From contig JBEKXL010000001.1 in assembly GCA_049512075.1 (NCBI GenBank), forward strand, positions 323,462 through 387,461: DNA of 64,000 nt, written 5' to 3'. Shown here one piece after another: positions 49,556 through 59,906 of this stretch (the first letter of the stretch is position 1; each line of letters begins with the position of its first letter). Both the position numbers and the translations under genes were made by a program. The notes beneath the pieces were generated by a model. That model was not told the DNA's origin. It saw nothing but the letters and a program-made list of their open reading frames with translations, and did not search any database. Source of the DNA: Candidatus Bathyarchaeia archaeon. Lineage in GTDB: Archaea; Thermoproteota; Bathyarchaeia; Bathyarchaeales; Bathycorpusculaceae.

Positions 49556-49884
49556 AAGACCAGCTCCGCAAACCGGTTTTAACCCTCTTACAATATCTCA
49601 AAGTATATAGACTTAACGATTACAGACCAATGTCCACATCAAAACAACAGTCGACAGCACACAAGCCCGCCTCTTCGAGCACAACACAGTCGAAACCCAG
49701 ACAGTTCATCCACCCTCCTCACCACACCTACAGACAATGTCACGAGCATGCCGAAAAAGCGTCTATAGTCCAGTGTGGCTCGACACTTGAATGCAGAACT
49801 GCCTGCGCATTTGACTTTTTTCCTGCATGTTTCCGACAGTCTTATATACCACTTATGCATCCAAATAGCGTGTGTGATCAGCAA

Positions 49885-51339
49885 ATGTCGGAACACAACG
49901 TTAAGAAGCCTGAAACAAGGGAAGAGTTTGTCGACATGCTCCTAGAAGCTGCGAAGAAGGCTGCCGAAGACCGCGGTGTCCCGAAGGTTAGACCGACAAA
50001 ACCTACAGTTCTTGGAACAGCTGAAGTCTTAAACATACACAGGGACACCCTTTATGCTTGGCTTAAGGAGTTTAATGTCGATTTCAAAGATATATCAGAC
50101 AGTATTCCGACAGACATTGTGTCGGCATATGGGGACGCAACGGGGAAGGTCTATTTGATTGGGGAAGCACTTGTCGGAGACGGGAATGAAGTTGCACATA
50201 TCGATCTTCTGATAGGTGACAAGAACGGGCCAGTTGGAAACGCGTTTGCGCAAGGCATGTGCAGTCTTTCAGCAGGGCACACGCCGCTTTTGGCGGTCAT
50301 ACGTCCCAACCTTCCGCCCAAGCCGCACACGCTTCTTGTGCCAAAAGTCACTACGAAGAATATGGAGGACGTGAACAAGATCTTCGGCCCAGCTCAGGCT
50401 GCTGTGGCGAAGGCCGTTGCAGACGCGGTGGAAGACGGGATAATTCCAACCGACAAGATTGATGATTGGGTGATCATATGCAGCGTCTTTGTTCATCCAG
50501 CAGCAAGCGATTTTCGAAAGATCTACCATTACAATTACGGAGCCACGAAACTGGCCTTGAAACGAGCCCTGGCGAAGTATCCCCCGCTGGAGAAGATCCT
50601 CTACGACAAGGACAGAGGCAAACATCCGATAATGGGATTCAAGGTGCCGCGTCTATGGAGACCACCGTACCTGCAGATTTCACTTGACAACCCTGACTTG
50701 GACAGTGCAAAGAAGATCATAGCTCAGCTGCCAGGAAGCGACAGGATAATCATTGAAGTGGGCACCCCGCTTATCAAGAGATACGGAACAAAAGTGATAA
50801 ACGAACTCAGAGAAGTGGCCAAGAGCATGTTCTTCGTTGCAGATCTGAAAACATTGGACGTTGGAAAAGTCGAAGTTGACCTTGCCTACGACGAAACCGC
50901 AGACGCTGTGGTAGCCTCTGGACTTGCACCGGCTGAAACCCTTGACGCGTTCATTCACGAAGCAAAAAGACTGGCAACGTACGGAGTGGTGGACATGCTC
51001 AACGTCGAAGATCCCCTCAAGAAGCTCAAGTCTATCAAAGAATTTCCAGACATAGTAATCTTGCACAGAGGAATAGACCAGGAAACCGGAAGAACGCACG
51101 GAATGGAGATTATCCCTGAAATACGTCAAACCTTCAAGGACAAGAAATTCCTCATCGCCGTAGCAGGCGGAATAGTGCCAGAAACGGCCCGCGAAGCGTT
51201 GCAGAAAGGTGCAGACATAATCATCGTCGGACGATACATAACCCAGTCAAAGGACGTTGAACGCGCAGTGAGAGACTTCCTGGAAGCAACACCAGAAATG
51301 CGAGAAGACATCGATCTGTTCAGAGTCCATGTCGAGTAA
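49885..51339 (+). CDS. fae-hps: Bifunctional formaldehyde-activating enzyme / hexulose-6-phosphate synthase with N-terminal HTH
   Basis: IGEALVGDGNEVAHIDLLIG, FGPAQAAVAKAVAD, YNYGATK (Fae); IIEVGTPLIK, ADLKTLD, LHRGID, VAGGI (HPS); TAEVLNIHRDTLYAWLK HTH. Confidence 0.9.
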   Translation: MSEHNVKKPETREEFVDMLLEAAKKAAEDRGVPKVRPTKPTVLGTAEVLNIHRDTLYAWLKEFNVDFKDISDSIPTDIVSAYGDATGKVYLIGEALVGDGNEVAHIDLLIGDKNGPVGNAFAQGMCSLSAGHTPLLAVIRPNLPPKPHTLLVPKVTTKNMEDVNKIFGPAQAAVAKAVADAVEDGIIPTDKIDDWVIICSVFVHPAASDFRKIYHYNYGATKLALKRALAKYPPLEKILYDKDRGKHPIMGFKVPRLWRPPYLQISLDNPDLDSAKKIIAQLPGSDRIIIEVGTPLIKRYGTKVINELREVAKSMFFVADLKTLDVGKVEVDLAYDETADAVVASGLAPAETLDAFIHEAKRLATYGVVDMLNVEDPLKKLKSIKEFPDIVILHRGIDQETGRTHGMEIIPEIRQTFKDKKFLIAVAGGIVPETAREALQKGADIIIVGRYITQSKDVERAVRDFLEATPEMREDIDLFRVHVE

Positions 51340-51365
51340 GCATCTGTCCACTTTTTTTCTCCTGC

Positions 51366-52556
51366 CTATGCGAAGATCTTGAAGAAGACGAAGGCAGCGA
51401 AGAATATTGCACCGGCCACAACAAAAACTTGGAGGAACCCCGAAGCCTGAGCGATGAAAGGGCCAATAAACGAGCCGAAGGCTCCTCCCACGCCTATCAG
51501 AACATTGATCAGACCCGCTTTGCCTGCTGGTATAAGCTCCATAGACAGAGAAAGAATGGCCACCATAAAGACTGCAAAGAGAAATCCCATAGCAACTAGA
51601 ATTCCGGTAGTCAGCAGAACGTTAAAAGATGACAGATTCAACGCGGCAAGAAGCACGAAGGCAAGCAGGCTTCGAAACAGCACTAGTCTGGCTACGCGGG
51701 CTTTCCCAGTTGACCCCTGCGACCTTCTGCCAGCCAATACGTAGCCCCCAATAGCTCCCCCGGAATTGAGCACGTAAATCGCGAAGACGAATCCCGCCGT
51801 GGGGGCGATGCTGTTCACAAACACGGGCATTGGAGTGAACAATATGCTCGTGGCAAGCGAGAAAAGCACTAGTCCGCAGCAGAAGGCTGTGACGTTCTCT
51901 CTTTTCAATTTCTCATCCAGACCTATGCCGTCCATCATTCTGGAAGCTACAAAAACACCGTGAGACGCGAAGTCCACAGTCTTCTCGAGGCTCACCAAGC
52001 TTCTCTCAAAAATCATGGGCGGGTCCACCACGAATATAGCGGAAAGAACGAATGCCACGAAGTTCAGTCCTGCAACAAGATAAAGCGTGCTCGTTGGGCC
52101 GAACCCGTAGAATGAAGCGAAGAAGCCTAACACTAAGCCGATCACTGATCCGACTTCCGTGAGTCCTTCGTAAAAGGCGAAGTTCCTCTCCCAGTCTTGA
52201 TGTGAATATAGTTCAGAGATGAGAACGTTCTTCGGAGCTTCATGGGCAACGTGAAAAATCGACATTACCGCGTAGAGCACAATAAGCAAAGGCATGTACG
52301 TCGTGAAAGTGAAGAGATATATCATGACGGTCGAGCCGAGCAACGCAAGGAGAATATAACGTTTGTAGTGTCGCGTCTTGTCGCATAAATATCCCCAGAC
52401 GAACGAGGCGGGGATAGCTGCGAAAAGGGCGATGGCGGTGATGACTCCAACATAGAATAATCCGTTCTTGGAGTCGATTATGAGTAAGTACAGCGGCAGG
52501 AAAATGGAGAGTAATGCGAAGGCCATTTCGTGGAAGAAGAACCCCAGCCGCCACAT
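51366..52556 (-). CDS. MFS transporter
   Basis: About 12 TM segments, motif A WGYLCDKTRHYK. Confidence 0.88.
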   Translation of the reverse strand: MWRLGFFFHEMAFALLSIFLPLYLLIIDSKNGLFYVGVITAIALFAAIPASFVWGYLCDKTRHYKRYILLALLGSTVMIYLFTFTTYMPLLIVLYAVMSIFHVAHEAPKNVLISELYSHQDWERNFAFYEGLTEVGSVIGLVLGFFASFYGFGPTSTLYLVAGLNFVAFVLSAIFVVDPPMIFERSLVSLEKTVDFASHGVFVASRMMDGIGLDEKLKRENVTAFCCGLVLFSLATSILFTPMPVFVNSIAPTAGFVFAIYVLNSGGAIGGYVLAGRRSQGSTGKARVARLVLFRSLLAFVLLAALNLSSFNVLLTTGILVAMGFLFAVFMVAILSLSMELIPAGKAGLINVLIGVGGAFGSFIGPFIAQASGFLQVFVVAGAIFFAAFVFFKIFA

Positions 52557-52852
52557 AGCCAGAAAACCTCGTCAAAGCAAGATTAAAACTTTTACCCAAC
52601 CAAAACCAACGAACCCGGGATTCGTTCTCGCAGGCATGAGCGCTAGTCTATCCATCTTGTGACCTCGTGTGGGCGCGGCCGTCTAGAGGGAGGAGGAATC
52701 ATGTCGGCGTATCCTGTGAGGCGCGCGCGCTCTTGTGCAATTAGAGCCTGATGGTTGAATCAGTTGTTATTCCACAAGCAACAAGATCCACAAGAAATAA
52801 GAACATAGTATCTGATAGTGTTCTATTGATAGGGTAATATGGAGAAGTCTCC

Positions 52853-55800
52853 TTGACATCTCTTGAGCGTGATCGTGTTCCGAGTGCTCGTCCTATCACT
52901 GCGAAAGAGGCTCCGCTTGTAGACAGACTTGAAGAAATGAATATTCTGAAGGAAGCTATTTACAGGGCAGTCCACGGTGAGGGCGGTCTCGTTTTCCTCC
53001 ATGGCGAGGCTGGAATCGGAAAGACAAGACTAACCAGAGAGCTCAGCGCCTATGCACGTCTGCACGGGGTGCAAGTGCTGTACGGCAGATGTCCAGCTTT
53101 GTTCAGAATGGATGGTGTTCCTCCATACATTCTCTGGAAGGAAGTAATCAAAGACTATCTGGAAGCATGCACTCCAGAACAATTGTACAGGGTCGTTGGC
53201 TATTATCCGGCGGAAGTCGCTAAGCTAGTGCCAGAGATTAGCCAGAAGCTCAGATCAATTCCACAGTCTTTTCCGATAAGTCCTGAACAGGAGCAAAACA
53301 GGCTCTTTGAAGCGGTGTCACAGTTTGTCACGAACATTTCCAGAGAGACTCCCTTGTTGGTGGTTCTTGATGATTTGCAGTGGACCGATCCATCCTCGCT
53401 TCTGCTATTGCACTATCTGGCGCGTGATGTGCAGAAGTCGTCCTTGCTTCTTTTGGGGGCTTACCGTAGCACTGACATTGATTCCAAGCATCCTTTGACT
53501 CCAGTCTTGGCCGAATTGAAGAGAGAACGGTTGCCGCAGTCTGTCTCCTTGAAGCGAATGTCACTAGAAAATACTTCAGAAATGATCAGGCAAATCTTCG
53601 AGCAAGACGACATTCCACCAGAATTTTGCAGGCTGGTCTACGATAAAACAAGGGGCAACCCGTTCTTCGTAGAGGAAGTGATAGAATCTCTGAAAGAAGA
53701 AGGCGTAATCTACCGAGAGGAGAATAGATGGGCGATTAAGGAAATTTCAGAGATCGAGTTTCCTGAGACCGTAAAGAGCGTTCTGAAAACGAGATTCGCT
53801 CGTCTAGATGAGGAATGCCAGAGTGTTTTGACTTTTGCTTCCTTTGTTGGAAACGATTTCACCTTGGAGGCAATGTGCGCCCTCACTGGCATCGAAGAGA
53901 ATAAACTGCTTGAATTGATGGACAGAATGCTCAAGACCGGTCTGATCAAGGAAAGGGAGATCCGTGGAGAAGGGGTCTGTTCTTTTGCCGACATACTGGT
54001 CAGAGATGTCGTGTACGATGAAGTCAGTCTTTTGAAGAGAAAGAAGCTTCACAGGGTTGTGGGATGTGCCTTGGAAAAGGTCTATGCTAAGAAGATTGAT
54101 GAGCATTTTGGAGAGCTAGCCTCACACTTTCTTGAGAGCGGAGACAAAGACAAGGCGCTTGACTACTTCTTGAAAGCTGGAGACAAGGCTGCAAAGATAT
54201 ATGCAAATATCGAAGCTAGTTCCTACTTCCAGTCTGCTCTCAAGCTTCTTGAAGAGAAAGAAGGCGAAACTCGGGAAAAAGCACGTGTTCTTGAGAGGCT
54301 TGGAGACATCAAAAGGCTTGTTGGAGAATATGAGACTTGCCTGAAGAATTGGACTGAAGGATTGCAGCTATGGAATCAGCTCTGCGAGAAGGCGGACGTT
54401 GCAAGACTACACCGCAAGATAGCTAATGTTCTCTGGGAAGAAATGGGCGATGCTGGAAAGGCCAAGGAACACCTTGATAACGCTTTAAAGATTTTGGAAG
54501 CCGAGCCTGAAAACATCGAATTGGCGAGCCTCTACGAGGAGATGGCTCACATGTATTATCGTGTTGGAGATATGGCTAAGGCTCTTTCTTGGGCTGAGAA
54601 AGCGCTTGAGCTTGCCAAAAAACTGAATGCCCATCAAGTTGTAGCAAGTTCGTGCGCCAGCTTAGGAACGATTTTTTCCTTCACCGGAGACATGAATAAA
54701 TCCCGTGAATGTTTGGAGCGAGCGTTGAAAATAGCACTTGACAAAGGCTATGTAGACACTGCATTGCGTACATATCAGAACCTCGCTGGCGCACTTCCAG
54801 CAGAAGAAAATGAAAGAACGTTAGAATGTTACGAGAAAGGATTAGAACTGGCAAAAAAGGTGGGGGACGTCTCCTATCAATCTTGGATTGGCCTCACTCT
54901 GGCTTGGAGATACATTGGCATGGGAAATATGAACAAAGCACTTGCCTTGGTGGATGAATCAGTTGCATTGGACAGAAAAGCTGGCAACATGACTCAACTT
55001 TCTAGTTCTATTGATGGTCTTGGGATCGTTTACCAGATACTGGGAGAATGGGACAAAAGCGAACAATGCCACAGTGAAGCTTCGAACATTTCCCAAGGGC
55101 TAAACGATTGGCAAGCGATAGTTTTTAATTGCTGGGCGCTCGGATGGCTTCATCTTGAAAAAGGAGAATATGTCAAAGCGAGAGAACTACTTGAAAAAGC
55201 TTGTGAAGTCTCTGAAAAGGCCGGAGCAGAATTTTACCAAACGAGTAACTCTCAATGGCTTGTTTGGACCTACATAGAACTTGGAGAAATCGATAAAGCC
55301 AACAGTCTAATTGATAGCCTGCAAAAGTTTGCTTTCGAAAAAGAGGATAAGGGCCTCATCGTTACCGCAGATATGTTGAGAGCAAGGCTGCTTAGTGCCC
55401 AGAAGGAATGGGAAAAATCCATCGAACTTTTCGAAAAGAGCCTTCAGGAGCATGAAGCTCTCAATGCGAGGCGATGGAACGTCTACCTTTTCGCCAAATG
55501 GGTTCTCGTTGAATATGCTCGTGCATATTTGGAAAGAAATGCAGATGGCGACAGAGAAAAGGCCCGCAGTCTACTCGGCCAAGCTTTGGAAACGTTCCAG
55601 AAAATGGGGGCCAAGAAAGACGTTGAAAAAGTAGAAGCAAAATTGCTCTACATAGAAACAGGTCAAGTGGCCTCAGTGCCCAAGCCTTTAGGCCTTGTTG
55701 CCACTGGGTATGCTGATCTTGACAAGTTGCTCCTTGGAGGAATACCTCCAAGCTATGCAGTAGTATTGACTTCACCTTCCTGCGACGAGAGGGACTTTCT

Positions 55801-56356
55801 GGTCAAGAGCTTTCTTGAGACAGGGGCAAAGAAGGGTGAAATTGTATTCTATGTCACGACAGATCCCGGTGGGCTGAAGCCTCTCGCAGGAGAGTTCCAG
55901 TCAAACCTCTACCTCTTTGTCTGCAATCCTCAAGCAGATGCAATTGTCAAGGAAGCACTTAACATATTCAAACTGAAGGGCGTAGAAAACCTCACCGACA
56001 TCAGCATCGCTTTGACCTCAGCAATCCGCAAACTGGACCCTTCGCTCAAGGGCCCGAGAAGAATATGCATAGACCTAGTCTCAGATGTTCTGCTGCAGCA
56101 TCATGCAGTTAAAACGAGAAGATGGCTAACTGCACTTATTCCAGAGTTGAAATCAGCAGGATTCACCACTCTAGCAGTAGTAGACCCACGGATGCACCCT
56201 TCAGAGGAGCTTTACGCAATTATAGGACTGTTTGAAGGAGAAATCGACATCTACGAAAAGGAAACAGAGAAAGGTGTAGAAAAGTTCCTGAAGATCAAGA
56301 AGATGAGCAATCAGGGGTATCTAGAGAACGAATTGCTTCTAACGAAAGCAGGATAA
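52853..56356 (+). CDS. STAND-type AAA ATPase + TPR + degenerate KaiC/RAD55-like domain (paralogue of 15297-18848)
   Basis: GEAGIGKT, LVVLDDLQW, TRGNPFF, TGYADLDKLLLGGIP..TSPSCDER. Confidence 0.85.
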   Translation: MTSLERDRVPSARPITAKEAPLVDRLEEMNILKEAIYRAVHGEGGLVFLHGEAGIGKTRLTRELSAYARLHGVQVLYGRCPALFRMDGVPPYILWKEVIKDYLEACTPEQLYRVVGYYPAEVAKLVPEISQKLRSIPQSFPISPEQEQNRLFEAVSQFVTNISRETPLLVVLDDLQWTDPSSLLLLHYLARDVQKSSLLLLGAYRSTDIDSKHPLTPVLAELKRERLPQSVSLKRMSLENTSEMIRQIFEQDDIPPEFCRLVYDKTRGNPFFVEEVIESLKEEGVIYREENRWAIKEISEIEFPETVKSVLKTRFARLDEECQSVLTFASFVGNDFTLEAMCALTGIEENKLLELMDRMLKTGLIKEREIRGEGVCSFADILVRDVVYDEVSLLKRKKLHRVVGCALEKVYAKKIDEHFGELASHFLESGDKDKALDYFLKAGDKAAKIYANIEASSYFQSALKLLEEKEGETREKARVLERLGDIKRLVGEYETCLKNWTEGLQLWNQLCEKADVARLHRKIANVLWEEMGDAGKAKEHLDNALKILEAEPENIELASLYEEMAHMYYRVGDMAKALSWAEKALELAKKLNAHQVVASSCASLGTIFSFTGDMNKSRECLERALKIALDKGYVDTALRTYQNLAGALPAEENERTLECYEKGLELAKKVGDVSYQSWIGLTLAWRYIGMGNMNKALALVDESVALDRKAGNMTQLSSSIDGLGIVYQILGEWDKSEQCHSEASNISQGLNDWQAIVFNCWALGWLHLEKGEYVKARELLEKACEVSEKAGAEFYQTSNSQWLVWTYIELGEIDKANSLIDSLQKFAFEKEDKGLIVTADMLRARLLSAQKEWEKSIELFEKSLQEHEALNARRWNVYLFAKWVLVEYARAYLERNADGDREKARSLLGQALETFQKMGAKKDVEKVEAKLLYIETGQVASVPKPLGLVATGYADLDKLLLGGIPPSYAVVLTSPSCDERDFLVKSFLETGAKKGEIVFYVTTDPGGLKPLAGEFQSNLYLFVCNPQADAIVKEALNIFKLKGVENLTDISIALTSAIRKLDPSLKGPRRICIDLVSDVLLQHHAVKTRRWLTALIPELKSAGFTTLAVVDPRMHPSEELYAIIGLFEGEIDIYEKETEKGVEKFLKIKKMSNQGYLENELLLTKAG

Positions 56357-56863
56357 ATGTTAGCAGCGTGAGCCGTATACTCGATTCCGATACTACCGAT
56401 ATACGTACCCTATTATGATACTGATTATTCCCTACTCCCTTGATTACTGCAGTCAATCACTATATACTGAACCGTGTATACACTGCTCTCTCACTAGCCT
56501 CTTCTGAAGCCACCAGCATCGTCGTTTTGGTTTGGTTGGGGTAAAATTTTATCCCTGCACACAGAATTCTCAAAAGCAAAAGAAATCAAAAGCTGACGTT
56601 TCACCAGTGCTTAAGCTTTGACATTCGGTTCTGAAGCCAAGCGTCTCAAGGTTTCGAGGAACTTCTGTGGTGCCTTTGGGAGAATGGTTTTCCATTTATG
56701 TACGTTGCACATATGTGATTCGTCTACGAATGGCTTCTTCAGGGCATGCCCACAGGTTGCATTCTTCAATTGGTATTTCTTTGTTCACTTTTCTGATTTC
56801 AGCCTTAGCGCGCGCGAATCGCACCGAAAGTTACTTTAACGTTCACTTCAGAAGCAAATGGAT

Positions 56864-57055
56864 ATGAATTCGCTAGGTGCAAAGGCTGCAGGAACTGTTG
56901 TCATCCTATTCGGTTGGTTGGCAATTATCGTGCTTTACCTTGCGTTTTTTGCCGGAGGCTTTGACTTTTGGCAGAAACTGGCAATATTCATCGCTTCAGG
57001 AGCGGTTGTTATCGCCATAGTTTCTGTAATATGGATAAAATGGGCACTCAAATGA
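56864..57055 (+). CDS. Small 2-TM membrane protein
   Basis: Two TM helices, FDFWQKLAI. Confidence 0.55.
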   Translation: MNSLGAKAAGTVVILFGWLAIIVLYLAFFAGGFDFWQKLAIFIASGAVVIAIVSVIWIKWALK

Positions 57056-57292
57056 CCAATTCTTTTTCTTACTCAGAACCTGGAGGATCAGAAGCTCAGC
57101 CGTGACTTAGCGCGTATGCGTGTTCCTAAAAAAGTCAAAATTGGTCTTGATTCTGTTTTTGCATATACAGGTCCATCATGGATTTGTCTGATTAACGTAT
57201 TTTGGCTGTGCTTGAGGAACAAAGACCATTTTGTCCCAATTTCGGAACACGCATGCCCGAAAAAAGGTCAGCACGAAATGTTAAGGTAGGAG

Positions 57293-58088
57293 CTATTCTC
57301 GTTTTCTATGCATCGTCAATGATTCGGATTTCGGCGGAGGCGGTGGGGGCGGGGGTGGAGATTTCTCTTTTCTAAGAACAATGACGACTGCAATGACGAT
57401 TATGACCAAGACTATACCTGTAATGATGTAGATGAGATTGTCAAATACTAGTTCGAGAGTGTCTGCCGACCACATGTTGGTTTCCGTTGCTTTCAGTGAT
57501 TCCTCCCAGTATGCACTTGAATTGGAGAAGTCTGGTTGTTTAACGTATAGTTCAACCATGATTCCAGTGCTTTGATCCCAGTGAACAGTATATTCCGCCG
57601 TATAACCACTAGAGTTTGATGTGCTTTCGACCATGTTGACGCTTCTGCTGGCCCCAGCATATCGTCCTGTGGTTGTTTCATTTATCGTGAACGCGTTCGG
57701 CTGGGCCGTAATCGGATCTCTGCTCTTCAGATTGGAAGCAATCAGGAAGATCCCAGACATGGCGTTGCCGCTCACATCGACGTCGCTGCTTTGAGGCGGC
57801 GTCTGTGTGCCATTATTGAGGTGAACAGTTTCATTGAAGCTGACTGTCGTACCGCTTATGCTTTCAACCTCCATTCTTCAGCCAATCTACTTTCTTTTCA
57901 TCTGTAACATACGAAGGCTCAGTTACGTTCCCACTCCAAGTAACGGTCACTTGACCGTATTTCACCCAGTCTCCAACCTTGACTCCCACGTTGTAATTAG
58001 CAGCTCGAACCAACGTGGGTGAGATCAGAACTACAACGAGAATCACCAGAGGAACAATCTTAAGATAGGCTTCCTCCATCTTTTTCAA
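57293..58088 (-). pseudogene. Secreted, C-terminally anchored protein split by a 1-nt frameshift near 57878
   Basis: Signal + YNVGVKVGDWVKY...DWL joins (R)MEVESISGTTV...TM + poly-Pro if one A is removed. Confidence 0.65.
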
Positions 58089-58198
58089 TCATTTACGCTA
58101 TAAGCTATCAGGCTTCTTGACTTTATCTATTTTTCACATAATCCGTAATTGCCACAAAAGACATGCTCAGTGAGGACGTTGGTCTGAGCAAACCCTCG

Positions 58199-59149
58199 TC
58201 AAGATTTCCTCATCAACAACGCGCCTAGGTTGTTGAGCAACTTGTAATATTCACGGGTTTTTTCGTGGGCTTGTTGCACAGTGATTTTGGAAAATTCTAT
58301 TGTATCGTTTGGTTTGGCTTGTCCAAGTAAGGAAACGTCTGGAGTGATTGTCACAGCGATTTTCGGGTAACCCCCTGTCGTCTGGGCGTCCCGCATTATT
58401 ACGATGGGCTTCCCATCTCTTGGAACCTGAACTGCGCCAGGTAACAGAGCATCTGAAACAATATCCGCCTTTTTCTTGTGCTCTATTATTGGGCCTTCAA
58501 GCCTGTATCCCATGCGGTCCGCTTCCAATGTAACCTTGTAAGGGTTTGAAAGGAAAGTACTTATCCCCTTTTCCGTGAACATGTCTGCTTGCGGCCCCAA
58601 AACAACGTGCACCTTGTAATCCCCTGTGAATTGTGATTGCAGCTCCTCAGGCGTTAAATATTCAACTTCCAGAAGCGGAGCATCGAAACCCTCGATTGTA
58701 TCCACCGTCTTTAGCCGCCTGCCTTCTATTCCTCCAAATCCGCCGCGCACAAACGTGGATCTGCTTCCAAGGACCAAGGACGTGTTTATTCCTCCTCTAA
58801 TTGAGAGGTATGATCGGCAACCGCTTTCCATTCTTCCAAAAGAGACGACATCACCCTCGCATATCTCCAATGTCTGCCACATTGGAACACTACTACCGTT
58901 GATTTTAGGGGAAGCGGTTCCGCCGGTTATGGCGATTTGTGTTCTTCTCAGGGCTTGCAGTTCTGGCCCTATGAGGGTTGTTTCAACACATGCATCGTTA
59001 CGGTTATTTCCAACGAGGACATCGGCCACAACTAGAGAGAACACGTCCATCGCGCCGGAAATTGGAACACCGTACCTGAGATAGTGATACCTTCCCGTGT
59101 CTTGAACCGTCGTGAACATTCCAGGTTTCAGGACCTGAAAAACTTTCAT
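58199..59149 (-). CDS. pxpC: 5-oxoprolinase subunit C
   Basis: TTVQDTGR..GVPISGAMD, ADRMGYRL, DAQTTGGYPKI. Confidence 0.92.
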   Translation of the reverse strand: MKVFQVLKPGMFTTVQDTGRYHYLRYGVPISGAMDVFSLVVADVLVGNNRNDACVETTLIGPELQALRRTQIAITGGTASPKINGSSVPMWQTLEICEGDVVSFGRMESGCRSYLSIRGGINTSLVLGSRSTFVRGGFGGIEGRRLKTVDTIEGFDAPLLEVEYLTPEELQSQFTGDYKVHVVLGPQADMFTEKGISTFLSNPYKVTLEADRMGYRLEGPIIEHKKKADIVSDALLPGAVQVPRDGKPIVIMRDAQTTGGYPKIAVTITPDVSLLGQAKPNDTIEFSKITVQQAHEKTREYYKLLNNLGALLMRKS

Positions 59150-59155
59150 TCTACC

Positions 59156-59893
59156 TTACTCCTCGGAGAAAGACATGTGTACGCCTTTCGGAATGGATTC
59201 TCTGATGGTTTTGAACTCTTCTTCCGAAACCGGTTCAAAGTTGACAATGTCCCCTGGTTCCAGAAGCGCCGGCGGTTGACGTAGCGTATCGAATAGTTCC
59301 AAGGGTGTTCTGCCTAATATTTGCCATCCGCCGGGCGCCTCGCAAGGGTATATGCCCGTTTGTTTTTCCGCTATACCCACTGAGCCAGCTGGCACTTTGA
59401 CACGGGGGGTTTCTAAACGTGGCGTTGCGATATCATCTGGAACCGCTCCGAGGTAAGGAAAGCCAGCGACGAACCCGATCATGTAGACCCTGTACTCTCT
59501 TCCGGAGTGCAGCTTAACAACTTGCTCTTCAATCAAACCATGATATCGTGCAACATGGCTAAGGTCCGGTCCGTATTCTCCTCCGTAAACAACCGGAACT
59601 GTGATTTTTCTACCCCCCACTTTCGTTGTCGACTCAGTCGCTTTTTCTTCTATTTCCTTGATGCGAAACACAAGTTGCTCGTAAGTCATTTTCAACGGGT
59701 CGTAGCGGACGAGTAATGATCGATAAGTTGGAACAAGCTCTTCAACTCCCTGAACTTCAGCCTCCAGAATTGCTTTGTCTAACGCAATGACTTTCCGATT
59801 CAGCACCAAACTTATAGCTTCGCCGAACTCGATGAGTACGGCACTGTCACCGAAAGGCAAGTATCTCGTAGGCGCGTATGATCCTGTTTTCAT
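59156..59893 (-). CDS. pxpB: 5-oxoprolinase subunit B
   Basis: GDSAVLIEF, VPTYRS, GFVAGFPYLG, PAGSVGIA, PGGWQILGRT. Confidence 0.92.
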   Translation of the reverse strand: MKTGSYAPTRYLPFGDSAVLIEFGEAISLVLNRKVIALDKAILEAEVQGVEELVPTYRSLLVRYDPLKMTYEQLVFRIKEIEEKATESTTKVGGRKITVPVVYGGEYGPDLSHVARYHGLIEEQVVKLHSGREYRVYMIGFVAGFPYLGAVPDDIATPRLETPRVKVPAGSVGIAEKQTGIYPCEAPGGWQILGRTPLELFDTLRQPPALLEPGDIVNFEPVSEEEFKTIRESIPKGVHMSFSEE

Positions 59894-59906
59894 AGGTGAA
59901 GCCTGG

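Noticed and set aside
49630-49884. Further 85-aa N-terminal extension of Fae-Hps in the ORF track
   Set aside because: A/C-rich, non-protein-like sequence; TATA-like cttatata near 49841 favours the start at 49885
15297-56356. Diversity-generating retroelement behind the paralogous repeats
   Set aside because: No reverse transcriptase, and differences between copies are not adenine-specific
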